The notes under the pieces: generated by a model | The model's database searches: none | Told to the model about the DNA's origin: nothing | What the model saw: the letters and a program-made list of their open reading frames with translations, nothing else | Made by a program: the position numbers and the translations under genes | Assembly: GCA_033852015.1 (NCBI GenBank) | Contig: JAWSVH010000116.1 | Location: 2,356 to 66,355 of the forward strand | Length of the DNA stretch: 64,000 nt | From: Desulfobacula sp. | GTDB taxonomy: Bacteria; Desulfobacterota; Desulfobacteria; Desulfobacterales; Desulfobacteraceae | Reading direction: 5' to 3' | In this document: one piece after another, positions 28,294 through 36,742 of the stretch | Layout: every line of letters begins with the position of its first letter | Position numbering within the stretch: position 1 is the first letter of the stretch

Positions 28294-28974
28294 TCATACG
28301 AGATAAAACGATTTTATAAACGTCAGAAGAAACTGTGCGTATTGATCAACATCGATTTTCCTTCTTGAATACTTTCCCCGTTTTAAATACCAGTCCTGGA
28401 GCATGGATTTTATAACACTGGCACCCAGAGTATGGTCACCTGGTTTAAACACTCCTTTTTCATATCCTTCAACCAGGATATCTGCAATAATTTTTTCCGT
28501 ATACAACTCGCTTTGGACAGATCTTTCCATTTCTTCGGGGTTTAAATTTTTAGCTTCCATATACGAAAAATAGAACCACTGGTGCATTTTCTCAGTCAAA
28601 AAAAGATGAACTTCTATAACTATTTCTAACTTCTCAAGAGGCGTCTTCTCTTTTATTAAAAATTCTTCAAACACCTGCTTAATGATTTTACGACCCTGAC
28701 CTAAATAAACCGTTAAAATCTCATCTTTGCTTGAAAAATAAGAATAAAGAGCCCCCATACTCAGGCCGGAGCCACTGCTCAGGTCCCGCATAGTCATAGC
28801 CTGAAAGCCTTTTGAAATACCAATTTTTAAAGTAGTATCAAAAATCTTTTCTAAATTTTTTATAACCACTGCCTCTTTTTTAATCTGGATTTTTTCTTTG
28901 TGCTCCAAAAAAGCAGCCCTACAGATATCAATTTTTGAATCAGGAATAATTTTTACAAATTCACTATATTTCAT
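28294..28974 (-). CDS. TetR/AcrR-family transcriptional regulator (TetR-2, paralog of TetR-1)
   Basis: KGFQAMTMRDLSSGSGLSMGALYSYFSSKDEIL. Start moved to the internal ATG at 28974 (MKYSEF..) because it aligns with the MDYKQF.. start of TetR-1. Confidence 0.85.
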   Translation of the reverse strand: MKYSEFVKIIPDSKIDICRAAFLEHKEKIQIKKEAVVIKNLEKIFDTTLKIGISKGFQAMTMRDLSSGSGLSMGALYSYFSSKDEILTVYLGQGRKIIKQVFEEFLIKEKTPLEKLEIVIEVHLFLTEKMHQWFYFSYMEAKNLNPEEMERSVQSELYTEKIIADILVEGYEKGVFKPGDHTLGASVIKSMLQDWYLKRGKYSRRKIDVDQYAQFLLTFIKSFYLV

Positions 28975-29091
28975 TGCAAGTCGTGTTTCCCTTCTGAAGC
29001 TATTGGGTACAATTTGCGATATATCGAGCAAAAGTTCCCAATGCTTTAAAGTTTAGTAGATCGAATAAAAAAGCCATTAGCCTATCATTGT

Positions 29092-29802
29092 TCATCTATA
29101 TGTCAAAATTGTTTTATCACCGGTTAATTCCAAGTGAGTTATGTCATTAAATCCAGACAAACTGACCTGCCCTAAACCATATCTTAACCGTGTAACAGAT
29201 GCATTAACCACCTGCCAGGATGTTTCAATGGCTTTAAAATCACTTAAGTCCATTGCCAATTGAACTGCTGCACAGATTGGCCCTCCCGAAGAAAAAACAG
29301 CAATTTTTTTTGATGGTCCTTCTCGGTCCATTATCGCCTTTAAACCACTGACAACCTGCCGTTTAAAATCGCTCCAAATCACATCACCATCTGAATCATA
29401 TTCTCCGGACACCCATCGACGAACAACTTTGGAAAATACTTTTTGGAACGCAGTATTATTTAAGGGATCTTTGTTAAGTGTCTCTAAAAGATCAGGAGTC
29501 TGTTTTAGCATTCCACTTATCTGTGCCTCCCATACTGCATCTGAATCATACTCATTAAAACGTTTATCAACCACAGGTTCAGGAACAAACAATCCTTTGG
29601 CCTGATATGCATCTATCATACCTTTGGCTGTTTTTTGCTGACGATCCATCTGTCCAAAATAAATTGCATCAAATTTTATATCAAGCCCCGCAAGGTGTTG
29701 ACCCAGGATCGCAGCCTGTTTCACCCCTGTATCGGAAAGCCTGTCATAATTTTTCGCCCCAAAGGATGCCTGACCATGCCGAATAAGATAAATTTCACTC
29801 AT
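29092..29802 (-). CDS. Histidine phosphatase (phosphoglycerate mutase) superfamily protein
   Basis: IYLIRHGQASFG catalytic RHG motif. Start set to ATG 29802 (MSEIYLIRHGQ), 1 nt after the upstream stop. Confidence 0.85.
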   Translation of the reverse strand: MSEIYLIRHGQASFGAKNYDRLSDTGVKQAAILGQHLAGLDIKFDAIYFGQMDRQQKTAKGMIDAYQAKGLFVPEPVVDKRFNEYDSDAVWEAQISGMLKQTPDLLETLNKDPLNNTAFQKVFSKVVRRWVSGEYDSDGDVIWSDFKRQVVSGLKAIMDREGPSKKIAVFSSGGPICAAVQLAMDLSDFKAIETSWQVVNASVTRLRYGLGQVSLSGFNDITHLELTGDKTILTYR

Positions 29803-29803
29803 T

Positions 29804-30103
29804 TTAACGTTTAATTCTACTAACTTCTTTATACATTTCAATCTGAGGTTTTTCGGCAACAAAAGCTGCTGTTTCTTTCATTGCTGCTGTAAAATAATCT
29901 GTCTTACCATGATGATCCAGAGCCGCTTTGTCTTTATACACCTCAAAAACCATAAAAGTACATGGATCACTCAAGGACACATTCAAAACATATTCAAGCG
30001 TTCCTTCTTCTGCCTCAACTTTTTTGACCAAAGCACTTAATGCCGCTTCGAGATCGGCTTCGCTACCCTTTTTAGCCTTAATTTTTGCCATCAAAGTAAT
30101 CAT
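29804..30103 (-). CDS. Antibiotic-biosynthesis-monooxygenase (ABM/Dabb) domain protein
   Basis: 99 aa. ITLMAKIKAKKG...YVLNVS..DPCTFMVFEVYKDKAALDHH pattern is typical of the ferredoxin-like ABM fold. AAGGAGAG RBS. Confidence 0.8.
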   Translation of the reverse strand: MITLMAKIKAKKGSEADLEAALSALVKKVEAEEGTLEYVLNVSLSDPCTFMVFEVYKDKAALDHHGKTDYFTAAMKETAAFVAEKPQIEMYKEVSRIKR

Positions 30104-30169
30104 ATTCTCTCCTTTTTTAAATGAACATTATACATATAAAGATTTACCTTACAGACGAGAGAATAAAGT

Positions 30170-30207
30170 GTCAAGAAAAAACGAACGTTTGTTCTATTTT
30201 TCTTGAC
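30170..30207 (+). promoter_or_regulatory. Copy d of the conserved palindromic promoter/operator element (divergent ABM operon / etfBA region)
   Basis: GTCAAGAAAAAACGAACGTTTGTTCTATTTTTCTTGAC with perfect 11-bp outer arms (GTCAAGAAAAA/TTTTTCTTGAC). Each arm reads TTGACA toward its flanking gene. On the plus side it is followed by 17 nt and TAAATA. Confidence 0.55.
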
Positions 30208-30342
30208 ACTTGTTAGAAAGGGCTTTAAATAAAGATTATTATCAAGTTTTTAGATTCTATTGATCATTTTATTAATCATGATAAACTAAGCCATTAAAGT
30301 GTTTAAAATTACATGTTTAAAAAAAACTTCGGGATACAAAAA

Positions 30343-31119
30343 ATGAAAATTCTGGTTTGTATAAAACAGGTCATGGAATCTGGTTCACCAATTAAGATTG
30401 ACCCCTCCGGAAAATGGCTGCAATATTCACAGTCCACTCGATTTGAAATAAACAAATACGATGAATATGCCATTGAAGAAGCCATCCAAATAAAAGAAAA
30501 TTTTAAAGATACACAGATTGATGTCATTACGGTAGGCCCCTCCCATGCATCTGATGTTTTACGCAGAGCCCTTGGAATGGGTGCAGATGAAGCGATCCAT
30601 ATCTTAGATGAAGCAAAGGGATATCGCCCTCCAGCGATTACAGCTGAATGGATTACAGCTTTTGTAAAAAAAGAGACCTATGACCTGATCTTTACGGGAA
30701 TCATGTCCGATGATGAAATGAATGCCCAGACCGGCGTGATGATTAGCCAGATTCTTGACTGGCCATGCGCTACGGCTGTCATCAAAGAAGAGATTTCAAA
30801 TGACCGAAAGAAAATGCGTATCGAACGAGAGATAGAGGGCGGTGCAAAAGACATATTTGACATCACACTGCCATGTGTGTTGACCATCCAAACCGGTATC
30901 AACACCCCCAGATACCCTTCTCTATCAAAAGTTTTGAGAGCAAAGAAAAAAACGCTTCAAATAATCCCGGCGAAAACACTAAAAACAGCGGAACAAATAC
31001 CCAGCCTTGAAACCATTCAATTCCCTGAAAAAACAACCCGGGGTATTGTATTAAAAGGAAGTAGCCAAGATAAAGCCAAAGCGCTTTTGAACATATTGGC
31101 TTCAAAAACACTGGTATAA
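30343..31119 (+). CDS. etfB: Electron transfer flavoprotein, beta subunit
   Basis: MKILVCIKQV... start (ATG 30343), ..NKYDEYAIEEA.., ..DLIFTG..SDD.. are typical EtfB blocks. Confidence 0.9.
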   Translation: MKILVCIKQVMESGSPIKIDPSGKWLQYSQSTRFEINKYDEYAIEEAIQIKENFKDTQIDVITVGPSHASDVLRRALGMGADEAIHILDEAKGYRPPAITAEWITAFVKKETYDLIFTGIMSDDEMNAQTGVMISQILDWPCATAVIKEEISNDRKKMRIEREIEGGAKDIFDITLPCVLTIQTGINTPRYPSLSKVLRAKKKTLQIIPAKTLKTAEQIPSLETIQFPEKTTRGIVLKGSSQDKAKALLNILASKTLV

Positions 31120-31133
31120 GCAAAGGCAGACCT

Positions 31134-32138
31134 ATGACAAAAAAAATCACAATTATAGCAGACCATGACGGAAAAAATATAAAACCCATCACCTGGGAAT
31201 TATTTGCCTTTGCAAAAAAAATACAAGCGCATGAAAAAGCAGATATCTATTTTTTCATTATTGGAGAAAACACCAAAGAACTTGCCCAGGATATAAGCAT
31301 TCATTCCGGATGCAAAACATATGCGATGGATGTCTTGGGCACCAATAATTATCATGGCCAAATCTATAAAAAAATACTGATACCGTTTTTAACAAAAAAC
31401 CCCGCTGACTATATTCTGGTTCCACACACCACATCGGGAATGGATTATGCGCCCGCCCTTTCCATTGCCCTTAAAGGTTCCTGCATCACTGCAGTAGAAG
31501 GGATACATAATAAAGATAATGTGCTACATTTTGTCCGTGCCATGTTTGGCAGAAAAATCCAGGCAGATCTTTCAAACAAAAATCTTGGTGCATCCTCCCC
31601 CCAGGTCCTTACACTTCAAGCGGGTTCGTTTAAACCATTTAAGCTTGACCAAAATGACATTAAAAATATCAATATCATCCATGAAGCATTCGACTGTCTT
31701 GAAAAAGAGATGATATATAAAGGATGTCAGCCTTCGCCTTCCAAAGGATCAAATCTTGCCAAGGCTGAGGTGATTGTTTCAGGGGGCAGAGGAATTGAAG
31801 AGGAAGAAAATTATAAATACATTGAAATGTTAGCAGACATCTTTCCCAGGTCTGCCACAGGCGCATCCCGGCCAATCTGTGACTATGGATGGGCCAAATA
31901 CAGTCAGCAAGTCGGGGCCACAGGAACAATAATCTCCCCAAAACTCTACATTGCCTGCGGTATTTCCGGTGCAACCCAACATCTTGAAGGAATAAGAGAT
32001 TCACAATTTATTGTTGCCATAAACTCAGACCCAGATGCACCCATCTTTCAAGTCGCTGATATCTGTATTATTGAAGACCTAACCGATTTCATACCCATTA
32101 TAGTCGAGACCGCAAAAAAAAAGCGCCCGACAAATTAA
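31134..32138 (+). CDS. etfA: Electron transfer flavoprotein, alpha subunit
   Basis: C-terminal FAD-binding block VSGGRGI...GASRP..D.GW....QVG.TG..I.PKLYIACGISGATQHL.G......IVAIN.D..APIF..AD. Confidence 0.92.
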   Translation: MTKKITIIADHDGKNIKPITWELFAFAKKIQAHEKADIYFFIIGENTKELAQDISIHSGCKTYAMDVLGTNNYHGQIYKKILIPFLTKNPADYILVPHTTSGMDYAPALSIALKGSCITAVEGIHNKDNVLHFVRAMFGRKIQADLSNKNLGASSPQVLTLQAGSFKPFKLDQNDIKNINIIHEAFDCLEKEMIYKGCQPSPSKGSNLAKAEVIVSGGRGIEEEENYKYIEMLADIFPRSATGASRPICDYGWAKYSQQVGATGTIISPKLYIACGISGATQHLEGIRDSQFIVAINSDPDAPIFQVADICIIEDLTDFIPIIVETAKKKRPTN

Positions 32139-32150
32139 TATCGGGCGCTT
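32114..32150 (-). terminator. Rho-independent terminator for the convergent ACAD gene, overlapping the last etfA codons
   Basis: AAGCGCCCGA / TCGGGCGCTT 10-bp stem followed on the minus strand by a 9-T run. The etfA stop codon (32136-32138) lies in the loop. Confidence 0.7.
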
Positions 32151-32197
32151 TATATCTTTCAAACCGTTAATTTAAAATTATCGGCTGATATGGCTGA

Positions 32198-34012
32198 TTA
32201 TAATCCGCCAAAACCTGCATCATCAATATCAAGAGCAGCAGTTGAGCCAGCAATAATTGCAGCGATCTTACCCATGGTAACAGGAACTTCTGTCTGGATA
32301 AAGAACTGAGCAGTTTTAATCTCACCATTATAAAATGCAATGTCTTTTTTCTTGCATTTTCCAGTCAGTTTCTCAGTAGCTGTAACAGAACGCCATAGAA
32401 GCATCCATGCCACAATCGTATCACCCATGGCATGCAAGAAAGGCAATGAATGAGCGAAAGCCGCCTTCAATTCACCTGCACCCAATTTATTACCCAATGT
32501 GCCGGCAGCTTTTGCCAATTCGTTGGCAACTGCTTCAACCTGGGCAGCTACGTCAGCAAGGCCTTCAATTTCTTTGGCTTTAGCTACGGTTGCCATAATA
32601 TCGCCAATAAATTTAGCAAATGCCTGGCCTTTCATTGCACCCATTTTTCTACCCACAAGGTCCTGAGCCTGGATACCAGAGGTACCTTCATAGATAGTAC
32701 AAATCTTACAATCACGGGCATACTGATCTGCCAAGTAATCTGTTGTATAACCCGCACCGCCTAGAACCTGCATGGACTCGATACAGACGTCATGACCGAT
32801 TTTAGAAATGTATTCTTTGATAATCGGAGTCATCAAGTCAAAGTACGCACCTTCAAGTTTATCATGTGTATCGGACAGGTATTCATTTTTTTCACCGATC
32901 ATAGTAGACCAGTAGAAAAAGCTTCTCATGCCGGAAACATATGCTTTCATTCTCAAAAGGTTACGACGCACATCAGGGTGATTAAGAATGGGAACCCCTT
33001 TGGCTTCACGGTTAGCAAAATCGTTTAGATCTCTACCCTGAATTCTGTCCTTGGCATAATTAAGAGCCAGAAGATATGAAGCAGATGCATAGGCAAGTCC
33101 CTGAAGACCTGTACCCAGTCGAGCTTCGTTCATCATCATAAACATGATCTTCATACCATCTTTTTCTTCACCGAGGAGCCATCCTTTACAGTCTCCTTTT
33201 GCGCCCATGGTCATGGTACAAGTTGCACTGGCCTTAATACCGTGTTTATGTTCAGTACCGGTACACCAGATATCATTTCTATCACCCAGGCTGCCATCTT
33301 CATTTACAAAATATTTAGGTACGATAAAGATAGAGATACCTTTGGTTCCCGCAGGGTCTCCTTCAATTCTTGCAAGTACAGGATGGATAATATTTTCAGT
33401 TAGATTATGTTCACCATTGGTGATAAAAATCTTATTACCGGTAATAGAGTAAGAACCATCATCATTTCTGGTCGCCACTGTATCTAAAGCACCAACGTCT
33501 GATCCGGCGTCTGATTCAGTCAGAAGCATTGTTCCGCCCCAATCCGCAGCAGTAATTTTTTTAACATACATGTCTTGCTGCTCTTTAGTTCCAAAGGTCT
33601 GAATCATCCAAGCGGCACCATTACCCATATGCGCATAGCAGTTAATGGGCCAGTTGGCAGACATGAAATATTCAGAACAAGCAACTCCCACGGCCTGTGG
33701 AGCGCCCTGCCCACCCATTTCTGGTGGTACTCTCAACCCGGGCCATTCGCCTTCTTTCAACAAATTAAAAGGTCTCGCAAATTCTTCAGGGACGGTGACC
33801 ACACCATCTTTGAGTACAACACCTTTTTCATCACCAACCGCCATTGTAGGAAGGATTTCTTTAATTGCCAACGTTCTGGCTTCTTTTATGATCAGATCAC
33901 ATGTTTTTTTATTGAATTCTTCATATTTTTCATGCTTGATGGTTTCTTCATTCTCAAGCTGTTCCCAGATAACAAACTCTATATCTCGTAAATCTGCTAA
34001 TTGTTGTGCCAT
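32198..34012 (-). CDS. Long-form acyl-CoA dehydrogenase (~600 aa, with N- and C-terminal extension domains)
   Basis: ..GGTMLLTESDAGSDVG.., ..GNKIFITNGEH.., ..LGGAGYTTDY..ARDCKICTIYEGTSGIQ.. ACAD motifs plus a ~150-aa C-terminal helical extension. AAGGAGAA RBS. Confidence 0.92.
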   Translation of the reverse strand: MAQQLADLRDIEFVIWEQLENEETIKHEKYEEFNKKTCDLIIKEARTLAIKEILPTMAVGDEKGVVLKDGVVTVPEEFARPFNLLKEGEWPGLRVPPEMGGQGAPQAVGVACSEYFMSANWPINCYAHMGNGAAWMIQTFGTKEQQDMYVKKITAADWGGTMLLTESDAGSDVGALDTVATRNDDGSYSITGNKIFITNGEHNLTENIIHPVLARIEGDPAGTKGISIFIVPKYFVNEDGSLGDRNDIWCTGTEHKHGIKASATCTMTMGAKGDCKGWLLGEEKDGMKIMFMMMNEARLGTGLQGLAYASASYLLALNYAKDRIQGRDLNDFANREAKGVPILNHPDVRRNLLRMKAYVSGMRSFFYWSTMIGEKNEYLSDTHDKLEGAYFDLMTPIIKEYISKIGHDVCIESMQVLGGAGYTTDYLADQYARDCKICTIYEGTSGIQAQDLVGRKMGAMKGQAFAKFIGDIMATVAKAKEIEGLADVAAQVEAVANELAKAAGTLGNKLGAGELKAAFAHSLPFLHAMGDTIVAWMLLWRSVTATEKLTGKCKKKDIAFYNGEIKTAQFFIQTEVPVTMGKIAAIIAGSTAALDIDDAGFGGL

Positions 34013-34222
34013 TTTTTTTACATTCTCCTTAAATTTCTTTTTGTTTTATCAAATTCTATAAATCAAAATTTAACCTAAATATATACACATAAATTTTAAA
34101 TATCCTAACAGGTTAAATTGTTTTTATCATTTTTTCAAACTCTTTCTAATGATTTCAATCTAAAAAACCCCACCCATAAAATGAATGAGCATCAAGGCCT
34201 TCACCGCATGCTTTTCTGTACT

Positions 34223-35671
34223 TTAGTCGTCGGATTTAATGCCTGCTAATTTTTTAGCATATTTCTGTTTTTTGGCCATATCCACCAAACGGGAAATCAT
34301 AATTCGTTGAGCCTGGGGTGAACCGGCTCCATGCATGGACTCTGTCAGATATCCCACTGCAGCAGTACCAAAACAGATATTTTCAATTAAACGCAAAATC
34401 CGCCTTCTATCTTCGGTCGGTGTTTTTTCGTTCCCTTTAAAATATTTATCCAGCCACTTACCCACTTCTTTGGAATTAAAATCATCTTCAGAAGGAAGGG
34501 TCACCATCAAACCACCGGCAATATCCTGGGCAAGGCGAGCAATCTCATAAGGAAATCGAGTGACATTTTGTTTACAGACATTTGCCAGCAATGTATTTAC
34601 GAGAAATGTTCCACTGGGTTGTGCAGCACCCTTACAGGCACAGGATACAGAACCGCAATAAAGCGTCTCATTCAAATGGTTCATCTCAATAATTTTATCT
34701 TTAATATGGGAGGCTTTTTGCACACCATTATATTCAGCAATCGTTTGAGTAGCACCGATCATAACATCACCCACACCAGTTTTACATGCATAGCTCTGGC
34801 GATGATAAGAAGCAAATTGCTCAACCAGGGCTCCTGCAAATTCGTATTCTTTATACATGAATACGCGATCCCAGGGGACAAAGACATCATCAAAAACAAC
34901 CAGGGCTTCATGACCGCCATACGTTGCATTACCACAGTCGATACTGCCTTTCTCAAGTTTTCTGGTATCACAGGACTGACGACCCATAATATAGGTAATG
35001 CCTTTGGCATCACTGGGAAGTGCAAAAGAGATAGCATAGTCTTTATCTTCTTCACGCATGGAAATGGTCGGCATAATAATAATCTCATGGGAATTCACCG
35101 CGCCGGTCTGATGTGCCTTTGCGCCTCTTACAACAATCCCATCTTCTTTCTCTTCAACCACGTGCATGAACATATCCGGATCCGGCTGTTTGTGAGGAGG
35201 CAGTCCCCTGTCTCCTTTGGGATCTGTCATGGCACCATCACAAACCAAATCGCCTTCCTGGACAAATTCCAAGTATTCCAAGAAATTCTTATTATATTTA
35301 GTGCCATGTTTTTGATCAATATCATAGGTCGTAATGGACAAAGCATTTAGTGAGTCCATCCCCACGCAGCGTTGGAAGCAGCTACCGGTCATTCCACCCA
35401 TAAATCTTCCCATATCTGTCTTTTTTATCAGATCTTCTGTGCTCTGGTGGATGTGGCAAAACCGGTTGATTTTTTTCCCGGTAATATGGGAAGTCGCCGT
35501 CATCAGATCTTCATGTTCAGGATCATTCGCCAGTTCATAGGTCATGGCGACAGCATTCATTGAAGGCCTGATAATAGGATCATCCACAACATTTTCAATT
35601 CGTTTGCCAAACTGGTATACAATAAGATTTAATTTTCTTAGACTATCTTCATATTCTTTTGCTGTCATCAT
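34223..35671 (-). CDS. abfD: 4-hydroxybutyryl-CoA dehydratase / vinylacetyl-CoA delta-isomerase (closest to canonical AbfD)
   Basis: Long near-identical blocks to Clostridium aminobutyricum AbfD as I recall it: SCFQRCVGMD (Cys99/Cys103 equivalents), YHRQSYACK (His292/Cys299 equivalents), DGAMTDPKGDRGL, IVVRGAKAHQTG, ESMHGAGSPQAQRIMI. GGAGAGAG RBS. Confidence 0.92.
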   Translation of the reverse strand: MMTAKEYEDSLRKLNLIVYQFGKRIENVVDDPIIRPSMNAVAMTYELANDPEHEDLMTATSHITGKKINRFCHIHQSTEDLIKKTDMGRFMGGMTGSCFQRCVGMDSLNALSITTYDIDQKHGTKYNKNFLEYLEFVQEGDLVCDGAMTDPKGDRGLPPHKQPDPDMFMHVVEEKEDGIVVRGAKAHQTGAVNSHEIIIMPTISMREEDKDYAISFALPSDAKGITYIMGRQSCDTRKLEKGSIDCGNATYGGHEALVVFDDVFVPWDRVFMYKEYEFAGALVEQFASYHRQSYACKTGVGDVMIGATQTIAEYNGVQKASHIKDKIIEMNHLNETLYCGSVSCACKGAAQPSGTFLVNTLLANVCKQNVTRFPYEIARLAQDIAGGLMVTLPSEDDFNSKEVGKWLDKYFKGNEKTPTEDRRRILRLIENICFGTAAVGYLTESMHGAGSPQAQRIMISRLVDMAKKQKYAKKLAGIKSDD

Positions 35672-35797
35672 AGCGTTTATCTCTCTCCTGTTTTCTTAAT
35701 ACTCATTTTTGTTGCCTTTAAATATGAGACCTGCACACCCCTTCTTTATTCCAGAGGTACGGACATAGCCATCATCTTTTAACACGGCATACATATA

Positions 35798-35872
35798 TTA
35801 CTTTTTATAGTCGTAAAATCCTTTGCCACTTTTTTCATCTATTACATATCTTCGTATTTTGTATTTATATTA
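35798..35872 (-). pseudogene. Possible 3' relic of a 3-hydroxyacyl-CoA dehydrogenase gene
   Basis: Directly after the TetR-3 double stop, the minus strand reads ..YVIDEKSGKGFYDYKK*, the conserved C-terminal tail of Hbd-type enzymes (compare GQKTGKGWYDYSKK* in the 25098 gene). It occupies the position where hbd sits in the tetR-hbd-abfD unit at 20853-24034. Confidence 0.25.
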
Positions 35873-36487
35873 TTAACTTTTATAGCCCAATGCTTTTAAA
35901 GCAAATAAAAACAAACAGTCAATAATTTCGTCAACTGACTTTTCACCACCGGACTTATACCATATTCTTGCACGAGCGATAATTGAAGCAATAGCAAATG
36001 CCGCCATTTTCACATCTGTTGATTCAAAAATCCCAGCATCAATCCCTCTGTGGATGACGATTCTCAGAATTTGATCATATTCATCTCGTTTTTCAATGAT
36101 TATCCTCTGGTGCTTCTTGCTCAGACTTCTTAAACTGGCATCAAACAATACTTTTGAGGTTCGCATCTTTCCCAAAGTCACTTTCCCATGGGATTCGAAA
36201 ATCAATCTTAATTGAGTCACAGGATCTGTTTTATCATCATCTCGTATCTGTTTTATAGCAGAAAGAATGCCTTCCATTTCCAGACTTAAAATTTCAAACA
36301 AAATATCTTCTTTGCTTGAGAAAAAATTATAAATATTGGCCGCTTCACACCCACAAGCAAGAGCGATATCTTTAACGGTTGTATTCTGATAACCCTTTTT
36401 ACCAAAGAGTGTTCTGGCCCGGGACATAATTTTGCTACGAACAGGACTTTGTTTTTTTGGTTTGTTTTTTTTTATATTTTTTGCCAC
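35873..36487 (-). CDS. TetR/AcrR-family transcriptional regulator (TetR-3, different subfamily)
   Basis: HTH region KGYQNTTVKDIALACGCEAANIYNFFSSKEDILF. The ORF-track start is TTG at 36496, immediately abutting AGAGG. GTG at 36487 gives 9-nt spacing, and ATG (MSRARTLF) further in is also possible, so the start is uncertain. Confidence 0.8.
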   Translation of the reverse strand: MAKNIKKNKPKKQSPVRSKIMSRARTLFGKKGYQNTTVKDIALACGCEAANIYNFFSSKEDILFEILSLEMEGILSAIKQIRDDDKTDPVTQLRLIFESHGKVTLGKMRTSKVLFDASLRSLSKKHQRIIIEKRDEYDQILRIVIHRGIDAGIFESTDVKMAAFAIASIIARARIWYKSGGEKSVDEIIDCLFLFALKALGYKS

Positions 36488-36666
36488 GTATTTCAACCTC
36501 TTTTGAGATTACCAACGGTTCTAATATACTACCTATCAAACCCATAAAATCCTGTTACTATACAGGAAAATTCATAATAGGTCCACAAATGCTACTCATA
36601 TTTTCATATGAATAGCATTTTTTTTCTGCATCAACTTCAACAATATCCAATCGAACAATATTTAAA

Positions 36667-36714
36667 CAAAAAAAAAGCTGGAAAGATTCTTATGTACAAA
36701 GAATCTTTCCAGCT
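36667..36714 (-). terminator. Rho-independent terminator after hcp
   Basis: AGCTGGAAAGATTCTT / AAGAATCTTTCCAGCT 16-bp perfect stem, 7-nt loop, followed on the minus strand by a 9-10 T run. Confidence 0.8.
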
Positions 36715-36742
36715 TTATAGTCAAGTTTTATTTCTTAGATTA

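Noticed and set aside
35700-35797. 32-codon minus-strand ORF (MYAVLKDDGYVRTSGIKKGCAGLIFKGNKNEY) upstream of abfD3
   Set aside because: No RBS and no recognisable motif. It is probably chance in a promoter/leader region.
36591-36614. CTACTCATAT-TTTC-ATATGAATAG inverted repeat (plus CCTGT-N6-ACAGG at about 36551) upstream of TetR-3
   Set aside because: It is a plausible autoregulatory operator for TetR-3, but it is a single copy in AT-rich DNA, so it was not reported as a feature.
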